Shown here piece after piece: positions 10,293-19,477 of a DNA stretch of 64,000 nucleotides (position 1 is the stretch's first letter; each line of letters opens with the position of its first letter). The DNA is taken from assembly GCA_031402655.1 (NCBI GenBank), contig JANNSO010000031.1, positions 14,860 through 78,859 on the forward strand, written 5' to 3'. Made by a program: the position numbers and the translations under genes. The notes beneath the pieces were generated by a model that saw nothing but the letters and a program-made list of their open reading frames with translations, made no database searches and was not told where the DNA came from. This stretch comes from Spirochaetota bacterium (GTDB lineage: Bacteria; Spirochaetota; Spirochaetia; Treponematales; UBA12059).

Positions 10293-10406
10293 TTATATGG
10301 GAACCTCGAAAAACTTCAGTTTTGCGAGGTTAACTATTAAAAAACCTGATTCCTGCAAAGAATCAGCGAGGCGGCTCTGATAACCAATAGGGTTATTAGA
10401 GCTACC
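10293..10406 (-). repeat. Dispersed structured repeat, family B, copy 1 (inverted relative to copy 2 at 39049-39160)
   Basis: By-eye alignment of this stretch to the reverse complement of 39049-39160 shows only a handful of mismatches and one indel over about 100 bp. It contains three hairpins. Confidence 0.75.
10339..10366 (-). terminator. Rho-independent terminator-like hairpin inside repeat B1
   Basis: The minus strand reads ctgattc-tttgcag-gaatcag followed by gtttttt. It lies downstream of the caspase-like gene and upstream of asnS. Confidence 0.5.
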
Positions 10407-10474
10407 ATCAGTAATACCATTTTTTAAGGCTGCTGGTCAAAGGGAGGCTGCGAATATCGGCTTGTCGGCGTGCG

Positions 10475-11317
10475 TTATTTTATTGTCTTGAACAGCAGGT
10501 AGTCGCGCGGCTCGCCGGAAAAACGGGGCAGATAACTTGAGCCGCTGTTCGACTGGTTCCAGTTCGCGTTAAGGGCTTTGGACGCATAGGCATAAGCTTC
10601 CACCGTGCTCACGAAGCCGTCCCCGTCATAATCGCCGTATTGAGCCGATTTAAGCAGGTAGTACGTAAATATTCCGTGTCCGAACGAGGCGCTTTCCCAG
10701 GAAAGTTCCTGAGCCCCTGCAGCCGAGAGCACAATAACGTTATTGGACTGAGCATAGTTTATATAGGCATCTATAGCGGGATTAACCAGAGATGCCACGG
10801 GAGTGAACGTTCCTGAAAAATCAGCGGGAACGCCGCTTACCGTACCGTCGGTCGAAACAAAACCGCCGGAATTACAACTGTCCAATATTGCAATGCCGTG
10901 TTTGATATTGTTGTTTGCGAACATCGCATTTAGCTCATCGGGATTCGTAAGAAATTCGCTTGTCAAGGCGCCATAAGTAGCAATATAGTATTTTAAGCCC
11001 TCTCCAGCCTCTCTATAATCACCATGTCCTGAGTAGTAAAATAGTACTGGTAAATCTGAGTTTGCCAGTGTTTTCAGAGCAGCGTCAAGATTTATTTTAG
11101 TAGCGTTGGTCTCGGTAATAAGCTGGACAGTCCATCCTTGCATTGCAAGAAGGGAAGCAACCGAGTCTGCGTCATCAATGGTCAAGCTAAGGTTGGACGC
11201 GTATGGTATATAAGTCTCGATCCCAAAAACTATCGCGTGTCCTTTAGGACCGGTAATCGGTTTACAGGAGAGCACCAAGAGTGTCCCTAGTAGAATCGAG
11301 GTAAATATTTTTTTCAT
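10475..11317 (-). CDS. Caspase-like (peptidase C14 family) lipoprotein with C-terminal Ca-binding-like DxDxDG loop
   Basis: The catalytic dyad context is present (YYSGHGD and AILDSCNSGGF). The lipobox is LLVLSC. A GDYDGDGFVS loop is present. The start is taken at the ATG giving MKKIFTSILL, which overlaps the upstream gene's stop by 4 nt. Confidence 0.75.
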   Translation of the reverse strand: MKKIFTSILLGTLLVLSCKPITGPKGHAIVFGIETYIPYASNLSLTIDDADSVASLLAMQGWTVQLITETNATKINLDAALKTLANSDLPVLFYYSGHGDYREAGEGLKYYIATYGALTSEFLTNPDELNAMFANNNIKHGIAILDSCNSGGFVSTDGTVSGVPADFSGTFTPVASLVNPAIDAYINYAQSNNVIVLSAAGAQELSWESASFGHGIFTYYLLKSAQYGDYDGDGFVSTVEAYAYASKALNANWNQSNSGSSYLPRFSGEPRDYLLFKTIK

Positions 11318-11976
11318 GGCGAAACCGTGCTTTTGCTTTCCTTGGTTAACGGCAGAAACACGATACCGAACTGGAATCCCAGTCCTATGGAAAGCGCTTG
11401 CGGTTTCAGGTAGATGGGTGCCGACAAAGAGCCTGAAAAGGCAATCCAGCTTCTGGATGAGCTTCGGTACATCGTGCACGACGGCTCGAGTATGGGAAAG
11501 TAAAAAAGCGCGTTGGATTCCCGGTAATAGCCGAAGGCCGCGCCGCCTGTGATACCGATTTGCAGGTTTCCCGGTATATTGGATAATAGTGACAGATCGA
11601 TAAAGGGGCCGGCGCTAAAAGACAGCAGCTCGAATCCGCGGTATCGGAAGTACGAGCTTCCAAAAGTCGAGGGCAGCATTTTGCCCCAGGTGGATTCCAG
11701 ATATATGCCGAAGGATCGCCCAATTGCGCTTTTGGCTGACAGCCCGGAAAAAGCCTGAAGGTTCCCCGCGTAGTCTGCTTCTTTCGTAAGGAAAAGCGCC
11801 GTCATCGAATAGATCGACACGGTTAACCCTGCATTGTATTCCAGGGGAACTTGCCTGACAGACGGGGATAGCGTTACTTTTGCTTCTTGCGGAATCGGCG
11901 CGGATTCCTGGGCAAACGCTATGGAGCCGGCATCGATGAGAATCAATAGTGCTGCAAGCTGCATGTTTTTTTTCAT
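11314..11976 (-). CDS. Secreted protein, putative small outer-membrane beta-barrel
   Basis: The signal peptide is MKKNMQLAALLILIDAGSIAFAQ. The mature part shows alternating hydrophobic/aromatic, G/S/Y-rich patterns. Function is unknown. Confidence 0.5.
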   Translation of the reverse strand: MKKNMQLAALLILIDAGSIAFAQESAPIPQEAKVTLSPSVRQVPLEYNAGLTVSIYSMTALFLTKEADYAGNLQAFSGLSAKSAIGRSFGIYLESTWGKMLPSTFGSSYFRYRGFELLSFSAGPFIDLSLLSNIPGNLQIGITGGAAFGYYRESNALFYFPILEPSCTMYRSSSRSWIAFSGSLSAPIYLKPQALSIGLGFQFGIVFLPLTKESKSTVSP

Positions 11977-12046
11977 CGTGTTACTTGAAGATGCCTCAAT
12001 TTTAGTATAAATTCAAGCTTTCAGCGTTTTATCGGAAAGAGGACTC

Positions 12047-12406
12047 ATGAAAAGGACAATTGTGTTTATTTTTGCCCTGGCTTTTTTATCGTGCAACGCG
12101 GTAAACGTAAAGAATGTCCGGCTTGAAAGCACTCCGCTAATTTCAAAGGGAATCGGCTGGATACTGGTAACGGTTTCCTGGGTGCGCCTCAAAAGCGATT
12201 CCTCGTACGCAAGCGAGGATGTAGGTTTTACCCGCCGCAAGGACACGTTTGAAGTCGCGGGCAGGGCAAAAAAATATAAATCGCCGGATGCCGGCGTATG
12301 GTTTCGGGTAACAAGCGCGGATGCTTCGGGCTGGATTCACGAGTCTTCCGTCAAGCTGTACGATTCGAAAGAGCGCGTCTTGCGGGCAAAAGAGGTTTTG
12401 CAGTGA
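12047..12406 (+). CDS. Small lipoprotein with SH3b-like C-terminal region
   Basis: The lipobox is FALAFLSC. The ..DAGVWFRVTSADASGWIHESSVKLY segment resembles bacterial SH3. Confidence 0.55.
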   Translation: MKRTIVFIFALAFLSCNAVNVKNVRLESTPLISKGIGWILVTVSWVRLKSDSSYASEDVGFTRRKDTFEVAGRAKKYKSPDAGVWFRVTSADASGWIHESSVKLYDSKERVLRAKEVLQ

Positions 12407-13962
12407 GCAAGGATATACTGTTTGTTTACGTTTTGCCGCCGCTTGTAGGAGCGGTCATCGGCCTGTTTACCAACTGGCTGGCCATCAAGATGCTCTTCCG
12501 GCCCATGAAAGAAGTTCGAATCCTGGGTATTCGCATTCCCTTTACCCCTGGCATCCTTCCGCGTGAGCGTTTCCGCCTGGCCGAGTCCATCGGGGACACC
12601 GTCGCGGGCGACCTGCTTACCGAGGAAGTTTTGGTAGACCGGATTAAGTCCGAGGAATTCCGTCAGGGCCTGAAACTGGCTTTGATCGAAGGAGGTAAAT
12701 CCCTTTCCGCCGTCAGCCTCGGTGATATCGGAAATTCGATTCGTCCGGAATTGTCGCTGCTCGTTTCTAGGTTTTTTTCCCAATCCCTTGAATCGATTAC
12801 AAAGTCGGAAGCGTTCAACTTTGCCGCACAGGCGGCGCTTAAAGCCGCGCTTGTGGAACTTTATAACATCCGCCTCGACGATATTTTCGGCGAATCGTTC
12901 TGGAAGGCTGTTTCGCAAAAATTTTCCGATGATGCCGAGCGGGAGAAATTTTCCGTTTCGGTAAGCGGTTTTTTTATCGGGCAACTTTTTAAGGCGGTGG
13001 ATGACGGGAAAAAACCGGCGGACTTCATCAAGGCGCCGGATACGCTGAAATTTTTCGACCGCATATTCGACCTCGTCTGGCCCTTGGCTATAAGCAAGAG
13101 CATCTCGATGCTCGGCCAAAAAAATATCCGCTCCAGCCTGGAAAAGGCCGGCGCGGTGGTAATCCGCAAGACCATGGAGCGCATGAACTCCGTTCAGCGT
13201 TTCTTTATCGGCATAGGCGGATATGAAAAAACCATCATCGAGAACATGCCTTTTACGATCGCGGATTCCGTCGACGCCCTGCAGAAATATTTTCTTAACC
13301 CCGGCACGGCGGCCGTCATGAGGCAATACATGCGGGATTCCGTGCTTGCGGCCATGGATAAACCCTTGCGCGATAACGCAAGCCTGTCTTCGCCCCAAGA
13401 GCGGTTAAAAGTATGCAGACAGTGCAGCGCCTCGCTGGATTCCATTCTGGCGGCCCTGTCCTCCGATCGGCTTCAGGCCGCGATTCGCATCGCGATGGCG
13501 GATAGCGAGGCAGGCGACGTGCTTTCGGTTTTTCCCGGGCTTTCGGATTCCTTGGTTTCAAGCGCGGTTGGCTTTATTTCCGGTATGTGCCGAAGCGGGG
13601 ATGAATCCTCGAAAGCCGCAGGCAGGATACTGAGTTTATTTCTTGTCACTTTTTCCGAGTACGCAGCCAAGGCCTCCATAGGGAGCATTATGGGACTGGA
13701 AGAGTCCAGGATAGAGGAAATTTCCGTGGTGCTGGCAACCTCGCTTTCCGATATCGCCGCGAGTCAAAGCGCCAGGATACTCAAGTCGGTCGATGTCAGG
13801 AACCTTGTCCGCGACCGCATAAACGAGCTGGACGTGGGTGCCATCGAGGAGATAATCCTGAGGGTGATGGACAAGGAATTGAAGGCTGTAACCTGGTTCG
13901 GCGCGTTGCTCGGCGGTCTTATGGGGCTGGGCCAGACCATTATCGCCTTGATCCGGTTCTAG
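12403..13962 (+). CDS. DUF445-family membrane protein
   Basis: GLFTNWLAIKMLFRP....PFTPGILPRER is the hallmark N-terminal motif, and a C-terminal TM is present. The GTG start at 12403 overlaps the upstream stop (GTGA). The track ORF starts earlier, inside the previous gene. Confidence 0.7.
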   Translation: MSKDILFVYVLPPLVGAVIGLFTNWLAIKMLFRPMKEVRILGIRIPFTPGILPRERFRLAESIGDTVAGDLLTEEVLVDRIKSEEFRQGLKLALIEGGKSLSAVSLGDIGNSIRPELSLLVSRFFSQSLESITKSEAFNFAAQAALKAALVELYNIRLDDIFGESFWKAVSQKFSDDAEREKFSVSVSGFFIGQLFKAVDDGKKPADFIKAPDTLKFFDRIFDLVWPLAISKSISMLGQKNIRSSLEKAGAVVIRKTMERMNSVQRFFIGIGGYEKTIIENMPFTIADSVDALQKYFLNPGTAAVMRQYMRDSVLAAMDKPLRDNASLSSPQERLKVCRQCSASLDSILAALSSDRLQAAIRIAMADSEAGDVLSVFPGLSDSLVSSAVGFISGMCRSGDESSKAAGRILSLFLVTFSEYAAKASIGSIMGLEESRIEEISVVLATSLSDIAASQSARILKSVDVRNLVRDRINELDVGAIEEIILRVMDKELKAVTWFGALLGGLMGLGQTIIALIRF

Positions 13963-15290
13963 GTTTTTTGGGAGCCAAACAGTGCGGCGGCTTCCGCGCA
14001 CAGGTAAAACGAACCGCAGACAAGCAGCGGCAGTTTTTTTTCAAGCGAACGGCTTCGCGCGGTCTCGATGGCTAATTTCGTGTCCTCGATTTTTTCCGTG
14101 GAAAAACCATGGGCTAAAAAAGCCGTGCTCATGCTCCGCGTGTCGCTTTCCTTGAACGTTCCCGGCTTGGTGATTATTACCTCCCTGAATTGGGTCTGAA
14201 GTTCAAAGGCCATGGCTTCCGCGTTTTTGTCCTTCGCGCAGCCAAACAGCAGGATTCCTCCCCCGGGAAAAACGGTGGCAAAATCTTCCGCGCAGGCATG
14301 GATGGAGTCCGGGGTATGCGCTCCGTCCAAAACTATCGCCGGGATTAAAGGAAGGATTTCGAACCGCGCCCGAAGGCGCGCCTTGGCCAGCCCACCCTCG
14401 ATCTGCTGCCAGGAAAACCCCAGTGCCCGTGCGCTTAGGGCGGCCAGCGCGGCGTTCTGCGCCTGCACTTTGCCTATCATCGGGATAGTGAATATTTTTT
14501 TATAAGCGCTGTCCCCGCCTTTAAGCCCTGCCATGGAAAACCTGGTGCCATCGGCGGAGATGGATATATCCGACAGCTCCATTTCTTCGGACAAAAGCAG
14601 CAGCGGAGCGTTTTCGCAGCGCGCTTTTTCCCTGAACACCGCAATGGCGTCCCCCCTTGCCGAGTTTACGAATACCGGAATGGCGGTTTTTATTATGCCC
14701 GCTTTTTCCATCGCTATCTTTTCGATGGTATCGCCGAGGATTTCCGTATGCTCAAGCTCTATCGGGGTTATTACCGAGGCTATTGGGTTTATGATATTCG
14801 TCGAGTCCAGCCTGCCGCCAAGCCCTACCTCAATTACCGCGATCCAGCATCCCGCCCGCCTGAAGCAGAGAAACGCGAGCATGGTAAGGAGCTCGAAGTA
14901 CGTGGGCTCTTCGCCACCCGGATAGTCTTCCGCCAGTCTTGATTCCAAGCCTGCTGCCAGTTCCGCGGCGCTCGCAAGGAGGATTTCGTCGCTTACGGGT
15001 TCGCCGTCTATCGCTATCCGTTCCGTAAAATAAAGGAGGTGGGGAGACGTGTACAGTCCGACGCCGTTTTTTTTCTGCTGGACGATACGGGCTAGCATGG
15101 TGGAGGTGGAGCCTTTCCCCTTGCTGCCCGCCACGTGGATTGTCTGAAACGCAGTGTCAGGCTCGCCGTATATTTTTTTAAGGCTGTGCATGCGGTCCAG
15201 CCTGTATTCCACGGGGTCTATTTTTCGCTCGAAGTTCAGAAAAAGGTTCAGGAAGGCATAGACTTCGTCGGGCGTATTAAAACTAGGCAT
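13959..15290 (-). CDS. folC: Folylpolyglutamate synthase / dihydrofolate synthase
   Basis: The Mur-ligase P-loop is HVAGSKGKGST, and FolC-like sequence runs throughout. The start is taken at the ATG giving MPSFNTPDEVY, which overlaps the upstream gene by 8 nt. Confidence 0.85.
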   Translation of the reverse strand: MPSFNTPDEVYAFLNLFLNFERKIDPVEYRLDRMHSLKKIYGEPDTAFQTIHVAGSKGKGSTSTMLARIVQQKKNGVGLYTSPHLLYFTERIAIDGEPVSDEILLASAAELAAGLESRLAEDYPGGEEPTYFELLTMLAFLCFRRAGCWIAVIEVGLGGRLDSTNIINPIASVITPIELEHTEILGDTIEKIAMEKAGIIKTAIPVFVNSARGDAIAVFREKARCENAPLLLLSEEMELSDISISADGTRFSMAGLKGGDSAYKKIFTIPMIGKVQAQNAALAALSARALGFSWQQIEGGLAKARLRARFEILPLIPAIVLDGAHTPDSIHACAEDFATVFPGGGILLFGCAKDKNAEAMAFELQTQFREVIITKPGTFKESDTRSMSTAFLAHGFSTEKIEDTKLAIETARSRSLEKKLPLLVCGSFYLCAEAAALFGSQKT

Positions 15291-16122
15291 GTCGGCTCGG
15301 CTCCATTCCGTTCGCTGTTTGCAGTATCGCGCGGGCAACGTTGATTCCCGTCGCCTCTTCGAGGCCTTCGAATCCGGGGCAGCTGTTCATCTCGCACACC
15401 GGGAAAGTATCGCCTGTGCCAAAAAGAAAATCAACCGTCCCGTAGAGCAACCCGGATTTACGGAAAATGTCTTTCGCGGTACGGACCAGTTTCCTGTCGG
15501 GTTCAAATAGGGACGTGCGCGCGCCCGAATGAACGTTGGAAAGCAGGCCGCCGCCCGTTCTTTGCACGCAAACGAAGCTGCCTCCGTCGAAGGAAGCGAA
15601 GAAGAATCGGATATCGCGACCCATGCTCGACTCGATATACTCCTGTGCCAGTATCTCCCCCGGATGAGCGTAGGCGGAATACTGTTCGGGGTTATTTATC
15701 AATGCCACGCCGATTCCCATTTTCCCGTAGCGCGGCTTTACGATAAATGGGAAATCCATGTGCGGCTTGCCTTGAGGCTCAATGGCTGTTGTCCTTGGGT
15801 GGCGAAATCCCTCTCTAGTGAAAAAATCGGCGGAACCAAGCTTGTCCCGGGCAAGCAAAACCGCTGTCAGCGGGTTGATGACGGGACAGCCGATTTTTTC
15901 CAGTTCAGTGTAATATTCAGCCTCGATATCTCCGCGCAGGAGAATCGTGTGTCCACGGCAAAATCCCAGGATGCTGTCCCTGTCGAAGGCAGGGGGAACT
16001 ATCAAGGCCTGATAATCGATTCCCGCTTTTTGTGCTTCTTCCTTGAATCTTTTCGTGGGGTAAAAAATGTTCAGGTAACCTTGGTCGGCTGTTTTAAGGC
16101 TGTAAAGGAGGCGGATTCCCAT
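15283..16122 (-). CDS. RimK-family ATP-grasp alpha-L-glutamate ligase-like protein
   Basis: It aligns by eye with E. coli RimK: ARDKLGS.., FIVKPRYGKMGIGV, LAQEYIESSMGRDIR, SNVHSGA, VDFLF.., EMNSCPGFEGLEEATGINVA. Confidence 0.8.
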   Translation of the reverse strand: MGIRLLYSLKTADQGYLNIFYPTKRFKEEAQKAGIDYQALIVPPAFDRDSILGFCRGHTILLRGDIEAEYYTELEKIGCPVINPLTAVLLARDKLGSADFFTREGFRHPRTTAIEPQGKPHMDFPFIVKPRYGKMGIGVALINNPEQYSAYAHPGEILAQEYIESSMGRDIRFFFASFDGGSFVCVQRTGGGLLSNVHSGARTSLFEPDRKLVRTAKDIFRKSGLLYGTVDFLFGTGDTFPVCEMNSCPGFEGLEEATGINVARAILQTANGMEPSRHA

Positions 16123-16123
16123 G

Positions 16124-18316
16124 TTAAGGTTTTATCCCGCCAAGAAAAATCCAGGCGAGGGGCCAGGAAACTTTGTGCTCGCTGCCCAGTTGGGCAAGAG
16201 CTCCGCGGATCCGCCCGGCCGCCTGGGCGCCAAGGCTCTTTTCCAGGAAGGAACCGTAGCGCGATTGCGGGGCGAGCCACGCGTCAACTTCTCCCCTGTC
16301 GAGCAGCCGTTCCGATTTGTGACAGAAATATAATGTGCCGATTCCGGTTCTGCCGCCGTCGCGCATGATATCGCTCAGGCTTTGCTCGAGCATCCTGATT
16401 TCGGATTCGAAGAATGCCTCATCGGCCGCTATGAAGTCTGCTGTTGCCTCCAAAGGGAGGGCTGCTGATATAAGCGAGGGCAGAGCGCCTTTTCCGGCGG
16501 GAATCCTCTGTACGAGAACGGCGCGCGCAAGGGGAAACGACGCAAGCACGGTCTTCTGGTAGCCGCTTGATTTTTTGAGGATGTCGATGGAAATAATTTT
16601 CGTCAATTGGCTTTCTTCAAGTATTTTGTTTACCGCGACTACGGCGGCTTGTGGATTCTCCGATAGAAGCAGCGTTGGCGCGAGGCTGCTCTCGGTACCG
16701 GAGAAGCGCAGGTTCAAGCGGTCGAAGGCCTCCTTGCTGTCCAGCAGGGCTATCGTTCTTCCACTGCCTGCTGCAAGCGTGCATTCGCGGATCAGGAGGC
16801 CATTATCGGCTGCCAGCAGCAGCGTGTTTTCTCCCGGCGAAACTTCGGCAAAACTAAGGACGGCTTGCTGTAGGGCCTGGTATGCGTCCGTATCCAGGGC
16901 ATCGGTGCGCTGTTTCCATTTTGAGCCTTCGTCGGTAATCGTCCGCGACTCCGATTGAAAGGCGGCGATTTGCGCGTCCCGCCGTCGGTCTATCGCGTCC
17001 TTGATCGTGGCTTCGTAACCCTGTGCGCCTGGTTTGTAGAAAAAAGTCATGCGCAGCGGATCGGGCAGGTATTGCTGGGCGACCCAGTGGTTCTTGGAAT
17101 CGTGCGGGTACACGTAGCCCTTGCCGTGCCCCAAATCCTTGGCGTCGCGGCTGGCGTCCTTAAGGTGATCGGGAACCTCGGTCTGTTCCTGTTCGACCAT
17201 GGCCAGAGCCTCGTAAAACGCGGAGCAGGAATTTGATTTCGGCGCGGTGGACAAATACAGCACTGCCTGGGCAAGATGATATTGGCCTTCGGGCATTCCC
17301 ACGCGCTCGAAGGCCTGGGCGCAGGCTTGCGCGATGACCACGGCGTTCGGGTCCGCCAGGCCGATGTCCTCGGACGCGCTTATAAGCAGGCGGCGGAAAA
17401 GGAAGCGCGGGTCCTCGCCCGAGTATATCATCTTGGCCAGCCAGTACAGGGCCGCGTCCGGGTCCGAGCCGCGTATGCTCTTTATAAGCGCGCTTGCGCT
17501 GTCGTAGTGGTAATCCCCGTCCCGGTCGTACAAGACGGCGCGCCGCTGGATGCTCTGCTCGGCGGCGTTCATGCTTACGAATACAAGCGCCTTGTCCTCT
17601 GGCGGCCAGTTCTCGCAGCTCGTTTCCACCGCCAGTTCCAGGGAGTTAAGTAAAGTTCGCGCGTCGCCGTTGGCGGTATGCACGAGGTGGGCCAGCGCGC
17701 CATCCTCGAATTCCACTGCCCACTTTCCGTACCCGCGCTCGATGTCGGCCAAGGCGAATTTCGCCGCCTTCAGGAGATCCTCGTGATTCAGCGAGTTGAG
17801 CTGGAACACCCTCGAGCGCGATACAAGCGCCTTGTTCACCTCGAAGAAAGGGTTCTCCGTCGTCGCGCCTATCAGGATGATAGTTCCGTTCTCCACCCAG
17901 GGCAGCAGCGCGTCCTGCTGCGCCTTGTTCCAGCGGTGTACCTCGTCCACGAACAGTATGGTTTTCCGGGAGTACAGTTCCTTGTCGCGCTGGGCGGAGG
18001 CAATGGCATCCCGTATGGCCTGAACCCCCGCCAGAACGGCATTGAGGGCCACGAAGCGCGCTTGCGTGGTATTGGCAATAACACGGGCCAGGGTGGTCTT
18101 GCCGGTTCCCGGAGGGCCTGAAAGTATGATGGAGGACAAGCGGTCGCGCATGATGGCCCGCCGCAGGAGGCAACCCTCGCCGACAATATGCTCCTGCCCC
18201 ACGAACTCGTCGAGATTCTTGGGCCGCATGCGGTCTGCAAGCGGCGACGAAGAAATATCTCCCCTCGGGGCGGAGAACAGAGATTCTCCCTGTTCCGCTT
18301 TACTTGTCGCTTTCAC
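16124..18316 (-). CDS. rarA: Replication-associated recombination protein A (RarA/MgsA AAA+ ATPase) with a ~270-aa C-terminal extension
   Basis: [17 protein letters not shown], Walker [10 protein letters not shown], Walker [10 protein letters not shown] and the MgsA C-terminal helical domain are all present. The core ends near ..[14 protein letters not shown], and 270 more residues follow. The start is uncertain (GTG at 18316 or ATG at 18229; the track ORF starts at 18406 inside the upstream gene). Confidence 0.85.
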   Translation of the reverse strand: MKATSKAEQGESLFSAPRGDISSSPLADRMRPKNLDEFVGQEHIVGEGCLLRRAIMRDRLSSIILSGPPGTGKTTLARVIANTTQARFVALNAVLAGVQAIRDAIASAQRDKELYSRKTILFVDEVHRWNKAQQDALLPWVENGTIILIGATTENPFFEVNKALVSRSRVFQLNSLNHEDLLKAAKFALADIERGYGKWAVEFEDGALAHLVHTANGDARTLLNSLELAVETSCENWPPEDKALVFVSMNAAEQSIQRRAVLYDRDGDYHYDSASALIKSIRGSDPDAALYWLAKMIYSGEDPRFLFRRLLISASEDIGLADPNAVVIAQACAQAFERVGMPEGQYHLAQAVLYLSTAPKSNSCSAFYEALAMVEQEQTEVPDHLKDASRDAKDLGHGKGYVYPHDSKNHWVAQQYLPDPLRMTFFYKPGAQGYEATIKDAIDRRRDAQIAAFQSESRTITDEGSKWKQRTDALDTDAYQALQQAVLSFAEVSPGENTLLLAADNGLLIRECTLAAGSGRTIALLDSKEAFDRLNLRFSGTESSLAPTLLLSENPQAAVVAVNKILEESQLTKIISIDILKKSSGYQKTVLASFPLARAVLVQRIPAGKGALPSLISAALPLEATADFIAADEAFFESEIRMLEQSLSDIMRDGGRTGIGTLYFCHKSERLLDRGEVDAWLAPQSRYGSFLEKSLGAQAAGRIRGALAQLGSEHKVSWPLAWIFLGGIKP

Positions 18317-19466
18317 GCAGCCATGTGGACCATGCAGAACCGTACCTGTTGCTCCATAAACCGTGTCCGCCTGTGCAGGCAAAGAGCGTGTTTCCAAGAA
18401 GGACAAGCTCGCTTACGGGATTGTTGCCGATGGTCGTATCGAAGTTGATGGCATCCGAAATGGGGGTCTTGTTCACGTTCTGCGTCGCAGACCAGGTGAG
18501 GATCGCGGGATTGGTTACGTCGAAATCGAGATAGCCGCCGCTCGCCGAAAGCGCGGGCAGATATCGTGCGTCGGTAGCCACGAGCAATCGCCTGGTGCCG
18601 TCCACAGCGGCCGGCACGAGCACTGCCTTGCTGAAATAATACGCCGTGCCGCTTTTGTCGAACGTGGCGGAGGCAGGCCAGGTAGTGCCGTTGTCCGTTG
18701 TCTGATAAATTTTACCGTTGCCGCCGGTGGCTATGAGTTCAAGTGTGGCGTCGGCATAGACGAGGCTCGTAAAAGCGATGGGAGTATCCGGCAAGGCCGC
18801 AAAAGAACCGGCGGCGATCACCGTGTCGGTATATAGTTTTGTACCCGCCGCCAACCAATAATTTGTACCGTCGGATGTTATTCCTATGGGTCGCGCAGCC
18901 ATGTCCGAAAGGCTCGTTATCGCGGTAAACGTAGTCCCGCCCGACAGAAAATAAACAGTATACGTTACAACGGGCGGGGTCGCCGCGGAGGCCGTGGAAC
19001 AGACTGCAAAGACCTGGTTGTTGGCCACCAGGAGTTTCTCAAGCGTCGTGCCTGCCGGCGGGAAGGCGGGATCCACCCGAGTCCCCCACGATGTGCCGGT
19101 CATGGGCCACACTCCGGCCGTTGCACCCTGGCTGTCCTTGAAGGACACGTACATTGTCGGTCCGGTGCTTACCGTAACGGCGGAATCCGCATAGACCGTG
19201 TCGGCATTCGGGAGCGTACCAAGGGGTGCCCAGACGGAAGCGGCTGTCGTGCTTCGTTTCCACAACTTGCCTATACCAGCGTAATAATTTGCGCCCAGTT
19301 CTACGACAAAAGAGGGGCTTGCGGATTTGAAGCCTTTGCTTGCGTCCGTACCCAGCGACGTTTCGCCGCCCAGGCTGGCGAATATTCCTATGGGGCCGTT
19401 TTTACAGCCGTAAAGGACGGCACTAGTCAAAATGGCTATCGAAATAAAACGTAGAGTGCTTTTCAT
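18300..19466 (-). CDS. Lipoprotein, probable beta-propeller (one clear Asp-box TTDNGTTW)
   Basis: The signal/lipobox is ISIAILTSAVLYGC, and the sequence is repetitive and rich in beta-strand propensity. The ATG at 19466 is preferred over the TTG at 19481. Confidence 0.55.
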   Translation of the reverse strand: MKSTLRFISIAILTSAVLYGCKNGPIGIFASLGGETSLGTDASKGFKSASPSFVVELGANYYAGIGKLWKRSTTAASVWAPLGTLPNADTVYADSAVTVSTGPTMYVSFKDSQGATAGVWPMTGTSWGTRVDPAFPPAGTTLEKLLVANNQVFAVCSTASAATPPVVTYTVYFLSGGTTFTAITSLSDMAARPIGITSDGTNYWLAAGTKLYTDTVIAAGSFAALPDTPIAFTSLVYADATLELIATGGNGKIYQTTDNGTTWPASATFDKSGTAYYFSKAVLVPAAVDGTRRLLVATDARYLPALSASGGYLDFDVTNPAILTWSATQNVNKTPISDAINFDTTIGNNPVSELVLLGNTLFACTGGHGLWSNRYGSAWSTWLRESDK

Positions 19467-19477
19467 GCGTGCCCCTG

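Noticed and set aside
12337-13398. 353-aa minus-strand ORF
   Set aside because: It is antisense to the DUF445 gene, which has the hallmark TNWLAIKMLFRP motif. The composition is Arg/Gly/Lys-rich and no RBS or start context supports it.
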